Shown piece by piece: positions 54,083 to 64,000 of a DNA stretch of 64,000 nucleotides. The notes under the pieces were generated by a model. It had not been told where the DNA came from, ran no database searches, and was given only the letters and a program-made list of their open reading frames with translations. Numbering within the stretch: position 1 is the first letter of the stretch; the number at the start of each line of letters is the position of its first letter. Origin of the DNA: Anolis carolinensis (taxonomy: Eukaryota); the NCBI RefSeq assembly GCF_035594765.1, contig NW_026943822.1:17693769-17757768 (forward strand). Reading direction: 5' to 3'. A program made the position numbers and the translations under genes.

Positions 54083-54976
54083 ACAGTGAGGCTGGGTGGC
54101 CATCTGTCAGGGATGCTTTGCTTGTGCTTTTGGTGCACAAAGGTAGAAAGAGTTGGATTAAATGGCCCAAGGGGTCTCTTCCAACCCTCTTTATTATTAC
54201 AGTAGAGTCTCACTTATCCAAGCCTCGCTTATCCAAGCTTCTGGATAATCCAAGCCATTTTTGTAGTCAATGTTTTCAATATATCGTGATATTTTGGTGC
54301 TAAATTCGTAAATACAGTAATTACTATGTAGCATTACTGCCTATTGAACTACTTTTTCTGCCAAATTTGTGGTATAAAATGATGTTTTGGTGCTTAATTT
54401 GTAAAATCATAACCTAATTTGGTGTTTAATAGGCTTTTCCTTAATCTCTCCTTATTATCCAACATATTCACTTATCCAATGTTCTGCTGGCCCGTTTATG
54501 TCGGATAAGTGAGACTCTACTGTACTTGAGTATAAGCTGACCTGAATATAAGCCCACCAGGACCCTCACCCAAGTATAAGCCGAGGAGGGTTTTTTTCAG
54601 TTCTAACAAGGGCTGAAAAACTAGGCTTATACTCGAGTATATACAGTACCTTTGGCTTATCTAAAATTGACCAATGGCAGAGGGTCTTCCTCACCTTCCA
54701 CACCCACCTGGCATAAGTGATACCTGTGACCTCATTTGTTGATTTCAAGCTAACTGTTGGTCTTGGAACTTTCTGGAGAAAGGCACCAGCTCACAGGAAG
54801 GGAGGGGCACATGCAGAGGCAAAGCCACATAGGCAAAAGTTTACTATTTTCCGGCTTATGGTCCCTTCAATTCCTCTTTCTGAACTAAATCATGAGAAGA
54901 GCAGGATCTAAATTCAGTATATTATTGTTGACAAGTTTAGGGAGAGATGTTACACCTGACTTGTTTTGCTCCCCAG

Positions 54977-55108
54977 CTTTTCCAGAAACTGGCCAAAGAG
55001 AACAAAGGGAAGGTCCATGTCTTCTTCTGTGGCTCTCCGGCTCTGGCCAAAGTCATCAAAGGCCACTATGAGCAGTTCGGCTTCAGGTTCTTCAAAGAGA
55101 ACTTCTGA
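54977..55108 (+). pseudogene. NOX5: Duplicated NOX5 terminal exon (intact; possible alternative last exon)
   Basis: Encodes LFQKLAKENKGKVHVFFCGSPALAKVIKGHYEQFGFRFFKENF*. Acceptor ttgttttgctccccag is intact; 3 nt differ from 37452-37583. Confidence 0.88.
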
Positions 55109-56209
55109 AGTTTGGATTCTCCACGTCTCCATCCCTGCTGGGTTGGGAAGCCCCGTCTTCTCCGTTCGGACTCCTTCCTTGGAGAGCTTTCACTATGAGA
55201 GGCATCCAGAAACACCTTTCGTTTCGTCTTCTCTAGTTTGTGGGAGCTCCTCAGAGGCATCATCGCAGATGAAATGGTGTCAAACCGCATTCATTCTACA
55301 GTGTAGATGCACCCAAAAAGGCAGCACCTAGAGAAAAGCTAACAGAGTAAAGCATGCAGGCCTCCCAGTGTCCAAATATATTAATCTGTTTGCAGCAGAC
55401 GTACAGTTGATGTATAGTATAGAATAGTACAGCCTCAGAGGCGTGAGGTCGGAAACTGGACCTCACAACCTCTGAGGATGCCTGCCATAGATGTGGGTGA
55501 AACATCAGAAGAGAATGCTTCTTGAACATGGCCATACAGCCCAGAAAACTCAGAGCAACCCAGTTATTCTGGCCATGAAAGCCTTCAATGTTACCTCTTC
55601 ATCTAATTCTTTTTTAAAAAATTGTTGTGTGTGTGTGTATGTGTGTGTGCATTTTCTTCTTTTGCTTTCATTCCTACTGTCGGAAACTGGACCTCACAAC
55701 CTCTGAGGATGCCTGCCATAGATGTGGGTGAAACGTCAGAAGAGAATGCTTCTTGAACATGGCCATACAGCCCAGAAAACTCAGAGCAACCCAGTTATTC
55801 TGGCCATGAAAGCCTTCAATGTTACATCTTCATCTAATTCTTTTTAAAAAAATTGTTGTGTGTGTGTATGTGTGTGTGCATTTTCTTCTTTTGCTTTCAT
55901 TCCTACTATCCTATAAATGAACTGTTCCACCACTTTCGTTGTAAAAAGAAAAGACAGCATTAATTACTTTTTTCACTTTTTATTTATCTTTATCACATCC
56001 TATCTATATATAACAATCTATATATATATCTACCTATATCTATATCAATCTATATCTATCTATATCAATCTATATCTATATCTATATCAATCTATATCTA
56101 TAGGGGGAGAGGGTGTCAGCCCGAGAGCCAGGGAAAGAATACTAAAAAATGAAAGAAAGGGAGGGGTGGGGATTTTTGACTTTTGTACATGTCTGTTGAT
56201 GGGAAATGC

Positions 56210-59073
56210 TTACAAAACCCCTCTTTCCCTCTTGGCTTGTTTGAGAAGCTGCATCTCTTTATCTATCAGATCTTTCAGCATCTGTTGGTTCCGACCGTTT
56301 GGATTCTCACAGAACACACTCTTGATGGTCCTCTGGATGGCTATCGCTTTGTCCACAATCTCTTTGGATGCTTTTCTATTTGGAGAATTTCGCACAAAGG
56401 AACTTAGTCGGGCAGTGAAACGATCCAGCACTTTCACAAACGATTTGAACTTCGCCACTTCCTTTTGCAGTTCTGCCAACTTGAGGTCTGTCGAATCAGG
56501 GGTGGTGGGTGTCTCCACGTGGATGGTCAACAACACCGTGGTGGCCGGGGGCGAAGGCACGATGGTGTCTTTGGCCACCTCCTCCTGCTTCTGTTTGAGA
56601 CCCTTGACCAGCTTATTCTCCACTTTTCTCGCCAGCTCCAGGATCTCTCTCAGGTAATCTTTGACTTTCTTGAACCTTGAGTTGAAGTCTGTGTCCTCTC
56701 TAACAGCCACCGGACTATGCCTTAACATTTTGGTCAAGACATCAATCAAGCCCATGATGTCTCCTCCGGAAGATTTATGATTCCAGGTGAAATGATTAGT
56801 TTTCACTATGGCTATGTTGTTACTTTTCAGTGGCTTTTCTGAATGGGAAGAATAGATGGCAAACAATGCGCTCATCACGTGAAGGTTGACTTTTGGAGAG
56901 ATGATCTTGGCCACAGCAGGCGTGTCCGGACGCAGAATGATGGTGCCATGTATATCACTCTGAGGCCTCGAAGGTGATGTCTCAATGCTGACCTCCACCT
57001 TCTGTGGCAGAATGCTGATCACGGGTTCTTCTGGAAGAGAAAGAGATATCACTTTCTGGGGAACCTCTGGAGTGGTGCTCTCTTGGGTGGTGGTGGTGTC
57101 CTTATGCAGCATGATGGTGGCAATTTTGTCATTCCGCAGCCTCCAAAAAGCTGTTGTCGTTGGGGTGTGATGTACTTCCGTTCCGGTCGTCTCCAATCGC
57201 TGTGATCCTGATCCCTCTGGTCGTTCTGATCTCTCTGAAAAGCAGAAAGTCAGGCCGTGTAAGTGACAGCTGGATGCCTCTAGTTCAGGGGTCCCCAAAC
57301 TTTTTAAACAAGGGGCCAAGTCACTGTCCCTCAGACTGCTGGAGGGCAAGACTATAGTTTATAAAAAAAAACTGTGAACGAATTCCTATGCACACTACAC
57401 ATATCTTATTTTGAAGTAAAAACAAAACAAAATGGGAACAAATACAACCTCAATGTTAATACTCATTATCATAATAAAAATAATAAAAAGGGTTGGAAGA
57501 GACCCCTTGAGCCATCCAGTCCAACCCCCACCTGCTTTTGTGCACCAAAACATAATCAAAGCACCCCTGACAGATGGGCACCCAGCCTCAATATTATTAT
57601 TATTATTAATAATAATAATAATAATAATGACCATTCCTTTCTTCAGGTCTGCGCCAGGATTTTCAAAATGTTTGGCATCTACAGGTAATTTTAGTTGTAT
57701 TTTGGATGTTTTCAAGCCATAACATTTTCTGGGAAGGAAAATAAATAAAAAACAAACCCTTCTGAACAATCTCACTAAGAAACCCCGTGAGAAAGGCTGC
57801 TTTATAAGCCAGGAATGATTTGAAGGCACACGGCATCGAACCCCTCTGCCGCTTGAAATTCAGGCTTGTGGCAAATGATGAAAAGCCTGCCTCAATAATA
57901 TAACAATCCAATGTAAATGGCTAGTGTTGCCTTTCTTTTTCCTTCTGCAGATATCTATCGAACCAACAGCGAATGTACATATTTTGGCAGAGGAACACAA
58001 CACCAAGAGTAAGTTCCTTTTCAATGACATTTCGGAAAAATCATCGAGTTATAGAGCTGGAAGACACCGCGGGGGTCATCAAGCCCATCCACGTGCCATG
58101 CAGGAAAAGCACAATTCGATCAATCCTAGAGAAAAAGCATTTCTGTTTGTTGTTTATGTTTTGTGCCTTTTTGGTTGCACTGAGAACGGCAATACCATAG
58201 TATGGATACATGAATGTGCCTATTATCCAGCAGAGTTTGCTATTTCTTCCAGTACTGAAAAATAAAAGAATTTTAGGCAGAACTGTGTGCTATGGTCCTG
58301 TTTAATTGTGTGGTCCTTACATTGAAAGTAGTTGTTATTCTCCAGAAACTTTGTTTCTGTGGCTGCCACAAACTATGTTGAATAGGGTTGTTTTTAATTG
58401 TGTCAAAAGCGACTTGAGAACATACTGCAAGTCGCTTTTGGTGTGAGAGAATTGGCCGTCTACAGAGACATTGCCCAGGGAACGCTCGGATGTGTTAGCT
58501 GGGAGGCTTCTCCCATGTCCCCGCAAGCTAGAGCTGACAGACGGGAGCTCACCCCATCTCGCAGATTCGAACCGGCAACCTTCAGGTCAGCTGTTTAGCC
58601 AGCACAAGGGTTTAACCCGTTACGCCAGGTTGAGACTCTATGAGATATTTGTTGAAAAACTAGAGCAAAAAGCGCTGCAGGATGTCCTACAAAAACAAAG
58701 TTTTTGCAGTTTAATAAACCTTTTCCATGTTTTTATGATAGAACCAATTAGGAAATGGCCCAGGAACAAAAATCGTATTACTGTACATAGTGTTAATAGG
58801 AGTCTACAATGCCATATAATCCAGTTCAAAGCAAAACATCTGGATTCTGTGGCAGTGTAGATGAGGCCTGAAAGGTTCCTACTTGTCTCCGTAAGGAATA
58901 GAAGACCCTTCCTAACTATTCCTCCCATGAAGCAAAGTCTTATAAAAGGGAACCCAGCCTCCTCCTCCTCCTCCTCCTCCTCGAAGCCACTTACTGGGAA
59001 TCGGGGCCCCGTCCAGTCCTGGCACGAGACATAGCAAGGCTATCAAGAGCAGCATTGGTAGCAAGATCTCCAT
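56210..59073 (-). CDS. SPESP1: SPESP1-like secreted protein, copy B; exon 1 (59073-58995) plus last exon (57234-56210), predicted 367 aa; exons 2-3 inverted
   Basis: Signal-peptide exon has the same translation as copy A. The 1025-nt last exon is intact (about 55 aa differences from A). Homologues of exons 2-3 lie on the + strand at 57647-57684 and 57951-58008. A phase-1 donor joins a phase-1 acceptor in frame. Confidence 0.65.
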
Positions 59074-59925
59074 GTCTCCTACTAGCAAGCAACTCCTTTG
59101 CCTTCTGGCCAACTGAGCTCAAGGGAGAGAACCAGCCCTGGCCCATCCATTGTGACACAAGGTGTTGTTGCCGTGGAAATGGTGGTCAGGAACAACACAG
59201 CAAGTGCAGGAAATCCATCCCAACCTTGGATGAGTCTATAATTCAATTAGACTTGGAACGGAAGGGAACCCCAAAGGCTATTGGGACAGACCCTGTAGTG
59301 CAAAAGAGGAAAGCACCATTCAATCCCTCCAGACAGATGACCATCCAGCCTCTGCTTAATAATTGCATTAGAGTCGAATGGGAACCCCAAGAGTCATCTA
59401 TCCCAGCCCTTATCTGCCGGGCCGGGACAGGCATGAATCAATCAATCATAGAATCACAAGAGTTGGAAGGGAACCCTTCAGGTCATGTAGTCCATTCAGT
59501 CCGACCTCCCTTCTGCAATAGAGAGAGACACCATTCAATGCCTCCCCACAGATGGCCAACCACTAAGTCTTTATCAACTAATAGTGTATTGATAAATCGC
59601 CTCCTTCTCCTCCCGCTTGGGCTCCTTTTCTCTCCCTTCAGCTTCTCCTTCCTCTCCTCCTTAGGCTGTAAATTGTAATTTTTATTTATTTATAATATTC
59701 TTTTAGTTTATTGAAAAACCGCAAACCAGTGAATCCTCAAAAAGCGAACCGCGAAGTAGTGAGGGAACACAGTACATCCAAACCACACTCTCTTGACCAA
59801 AGAGAACAAGTGGCACGCTTAAGCGGCTGAGGGGCAAAAGGAAGGGGCCTGAGACTGTTAGGAATGGTGGGAGTTGCAGTCCAAAACACCAGCAGGGCCC
59901 AAGTTGGCCCATGCCTGCTATATAT

Positions 59926-61208
59926 CTATATAATAAAAGTCAGTGTTTGTATGTGGGTATGTATGTATGTGGGTATGCAGAATGACGGACCTGGCCCAAA
60001 CTTGACACACTTAACCCCCATGACGCACTTTATGGCCTGGTCTGTTTGGGGGAGGATGGACCACGGATGATGGGATTTGCAGTACTTTGTAACGCTTTGA
60101 CTCCCACAGACTACTGCAATGCCCACCAATGATGGAACTGGACCAAACTTGGCACACAGAACCCCCATGACCCCCTTTATGTCCTGGTGTAGATTGGGGG
60201 GAAATGAACTGTGGATAATGGGATTTGCAGTACCTTCACTCACTTCCTGAGACTATTGCGACTACCAGGAATGACAGAATTGGACCAAACTTGGCATACA
60301 TATACCAAATAACACACTTTGCATGCTGCACCACTTTGGGGGAGAATGGACCAAGGAGTATGGGATTTGCAGTACTTTCAAACACTGTGTCTCTGACAGA
60401 CCACTGTTACTCTAACTCATGACGGATCAGGACCAAAACTGGCACACATACCCCCCATGACCCAATTTATGTCCTGGTTCAATTTGAGGGAGGATTTACC
60501 AAGGATAATGGGACTTGCAGTACCTTCACTCACGTCCTGAGACCACTGCAACTGCCACAAATGACTGATCCAGACCAAACTTGGTACACAGAGCACCCAT
60601 GACCCACTCTATACCCTGGTGTGGTTTGGAGGATGATGGACTATGGATGATGGAAATTGCAATACCTTCACTCACTTCCAGAGACCACTGCGACCCCCAG
60701 CAATGACTGATCAAGTCCAAACTTCACACACAGAGCCCCAATGACCCACTCTACACCCTGGTGAAGTTTGGAGTACAATGGACCATGGACGATGGGAATT
60801 GCAATACCTTCACTCACTTCCTGAGAACATTGCAACCCCAACCAATGCCTGAACAAGACCAAACTTGCCACATAGAGCCCCCATGTCCTACTCTACACCT
60901 GGGTGCTGTTTGCAGGGGGATGGACCGTGGATGATGGGATTTGCAGTATCTTCACTCACTTCCTGAGACCACTGCGACCCACACTAATGACTGAACAAAA
61001 TCAAACTTGCCACACAGAGCACTCATGATTCACTCTACGTCCTGATACTGTTTGGAGGGGGATGGACCATTTATGATGGGACTTGCATATGGGAGTTGTA
61101 GTTCAGCCCCACCCAATGAACCCTGCTGACTCTGGACCTAGACTAAATCTGGAACACAGGCAAACAATGCCTTTCTCAAATGACCCGGGCACCGCCGGGT
61201 CCCCAAGT
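59926..61208 (+). mobile_element. Helitron-like element with internal tandem repeats of about 120 bp
   Basis: 5' tctatataataaaag; repeated gaccaaacttggcacacag...gggatttgcagtaccttcactcac units; 3' hairpin gacccgggcaccgccgggtc. Confidence 0.6.
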
Positions 61209-61689
61209 TGGACAAAATACAGTAGAGTCTCACTTATCCAACACTCGCTATCCTGGAGTGTGTATAAATATTGAATTTAATAGACTGATTGAGTGGAATC
61301 ACTTAGTAGACTTATGCTTCTTGGTGTCTGAGGACCCTTTGATTCTTAAATATATAGTAGAGTCTCACTTATCCAACGTTCTGGATTATCCAACGCATTT
61401 TTGTAGTTAATGTTTTCAATGCATTGTGATATTTTGGTGCTAAATTCGTAAATACAGTAATTACTACATAGCATTAATGTGTAATGAATTACTTTTTCTG
61501 TCAAACTTGTTGTATAACATGATGTTTTGGTGCTTAATTTGTAAAATCATAACCTATTTTGATGTTTAATAGGCTTTTTCTTAATCTCTCCTTATTATCC
61601 AACGTATTCGCTTATCCAACGTTCTGCCGGCCCGTTTGTGTTGGATAAGTGAGACTCTACTGTAAAGGAAAACAAGCATGCAATTCCCA

Positions 61690-62125
61690 ACGTGGCCACT
61701 GGGGGCGGCCAAGGACCACACATGACAGTCGCTGAATCCTGAGCCAAAGGCGTCACTCTCTGCGCCTTCAATGAAGGGGGCGCGCGATTCCCGATGTGTC
61801 CACTGGGGGCAGCAAAGGCACCGCCCTGCTTTTCCCTCTCTATGGCGCCGTGTCCGAAGGCGGAGCCTAGCGTCTGCGTGCGGCGCTCTGGCCCTTCCCT
61901 CCCCAACTCTCTCTGTCGTCGCGATTTGTTTGCGTCAAGGAGCAAGCACCCTCTTCCGGCTTAATTTAGAGTTTGGGGAGGGAAGCCATGGCGGACATGG
62001 AGGAGCTTTTTGGCAGTGATGCCGACACCGAACCGGAGCAGAAAGGTAACATTTCCTTTTCCAAGCCTTCCTTTACTCTCAGGGCAAGGCCACGGTTAGG
62101 CCTCAACACTCCCGGCGCGCCTCTA
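61690..62125 (+). promoter_or_regulatory. CpG-rich promoter/5' region of LEO1
   Basis: Local rise in GC and CpG content around the first exon. Confidence 0.65.
61988..62045 (+). CDS. LEO1: RNA polymerase-associated protein LEO1 (PAF1 complex), first coding exon
   Basis: Kozak gccATGg; MADMEELFGSDADTEPEQK followed by gtaac matches the LEO1 N-terminus MADMEDLFGSDAD; CpG-rich context. Confidence 0.9.
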
Positions 62126-63072
62126 CACTGTGGGGTTAACCCAGTTTTATCCCGCTTTAACTGCCATGGCTCAATGCTATGGAAATATGAGAGTTACAGG
62201 GTTGCTGTGAGTTCCCCGGGCTGTCTGGCCATGTTCCAGAAGCATTCTCTCCTGACGTTTCGCCCACATCTATGGCAGGCATCCTCAGAGGTTGCGAGGT
62301 CTGTTGGAAACTAGGCAAGTGGGGTTGATATATCTGTGGAATAATGTCCAGGGTGGGAGAAAGAACTCTTTGTCTGTTTGAGGCAAGTGTAAATGTTGCA
62401 TTTCATTAGCATTGAATAGCCCTGCAGCTTCAAAGCCTGGCTGCGCCCCACCTGAGGGCTCCTTTTTTGGGAGGTGTTAGCTGGCCCTCATTGCTTCATG
62501 TCTGGAATTCCCCTGTTTTCTGAGTGTTGTTAGTTATTTACTATCCTGATTTTAGAGGTTTTTAAAAAAATAATGGTTGCCAGATTTTCTCATTTTTATG
62601 GTTTCCTCCTTTCTGTTGAAATTGTCCACATGATAATAATAATAATAATAATTTTATTTTATGTATCCTCCTTCAAGAAACAACTGAAGACCTGGATGTT
62701 TAGGTTGGCCTTTGGTGAGGCAGTCATTGGATGACCAGCCTCAGTTGGCATTATAACTCTATCCTGAATTTTATTAGGTCCCTTTTATTTGAGTATTTTA
62801 ACTGATGATGTTATTTTTATATTGCTGCTGCAGTCCCCCCCCCCCCCACCACCACCACCACCACCAATGAAGTCAACTGAATTGTACTTGGTAGCTGATT
62901 GATATTATTACCACTGTGTTAACTCCTGTTTTATTGTCTTACTGTGTTTTATTTTTTGTATATTGTGCAATGTACTTATGCTGTTGTTTTTGTAAATTAT
63001 GCTGGTCGGGCCTTGCCCCATGTGAGCCGCCCCAAGTCCCCGTGGGGAGATGGTGGCGGGGTACAAATAAAG

Positions 63073-63115
<43 letters not shown>

Positions 63116-63823
63116 GTATGCCGCCTCCATCTCCCCATGGGAACTCGGAGCAGCTCACCTGGGGACAAGCCCAATCAAATCACATAAACATCATAAAATC
63201 AACAGTTAAAACAACAAGCGTCATACTAAAAATAGATTACACAGGCCATAGTTTGAAATAAACATAATTAAAATGCATAAAATATTTACAATATTTTGTA
63301 AATCCACAAGTCATTAAAAGGTCCAGTACAGGACATGAGTGGGCAACAATCGAAACTGATAGGGAAACTGATCCACGTGGTTGTGGATTTCAATGGCTTC
63401 TCTGTGTCATCTGACATGGTAGTTGTTAGAGTGGTCCAGCATTTCTGTGTTCTCAAATAATATTCTTCAGGTGCTTTGCTATGGCTGACTTCTCTGGTTG
63501 GATTAGTCTGCAGTGCCTTTCCTGCTCCTTGATTCATGTCTGGGTAATGCTGCTGCGTTTGGTGGTCTTGTCCACACCTTCATGGTATACGGTAGACTCT
63601 TGCAGAAATGTGAGGATTCCTCTGGTCCTTGGTAATGTTCATTTTCATGGTTTCCTCCTTTCTGTTGAAATAACCTATTTGCTGCCAGGAATTGTGAGAG
63701 TTGAGGTCCAAAATACTGAGAGGACCAAAGTTTGCCCATGCCCCGTATAGGTGCTAGTTTGGTATAAAACTTGATTTTCCTTATATTATATCAATCAAAT
63801 AGCTTATTATATAAGACCAAGGC

Positions 63824-64000
63824 CATGACAAAAGGTAGTCTACTCTCTGGTTACATCCTGAATGGATTACTGCAACATGCTCTATGTGGGGTTGCCTTTG
63901 AAGACTGTTCGGAAGGTTCAAGTGGTTCAATGGGTGGCAGCCAGATTTCTCACCAGAGCAGGATACAGGGAGCACACAACCCCCCTGTTGCACCGGCTCT
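63824..64000 (+). mobile_element. L2 LINE reverse transcriptase C-terminal fragment
   Basis: Degenerate DYCN.LYVGLPLKTVRK.Q.VQ motif. Confidence 0.6.

Larger units (their letters stand above)
54836..59890. repeat. Segmental duplication unit B
   Basis: As unit A, but lacking A-specific insertions and with an internal inversion at about 57608-58123. Confidence 0.88.

Overview
Vertebrate genomic DNA. The repeat content (Sauria-type SINEs, R4/Dong LINEs, Penelope elements, Helitrons) points to a squamate, probably an Anolis-like lizard. Gene order: last three coding exons of TMOD3 (+); a 78-bp minisatellite; a complete 16-coding-exon NOX5 (+, about 756 aa); a tandem segmental duplication (about 37.3-46.8 kb and 54.8-59.9 kb); then exon 1 of LEO1 (+). 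Each duplicated unit holds the NOX5 terminal exon and a minus-strand gene for a secreted protein that I read as a diverged homologue of SPESP1, the mammalian sperm equatorial segment protein and NOX5's neighbour in human. Copy A has 4 exons (399 aa). In copy B, exons 2-3 are inverted, so exon 1 would splice in frame directly to exon 4 (367 aa). Between the copies lie a third, orphan signal-peptide exon, a BEL/Pao retroelement remnant carrying a processed PDHX fragment, and an ERV pol fragment. All protein identifications come from remembered reference sequences, not database searches.
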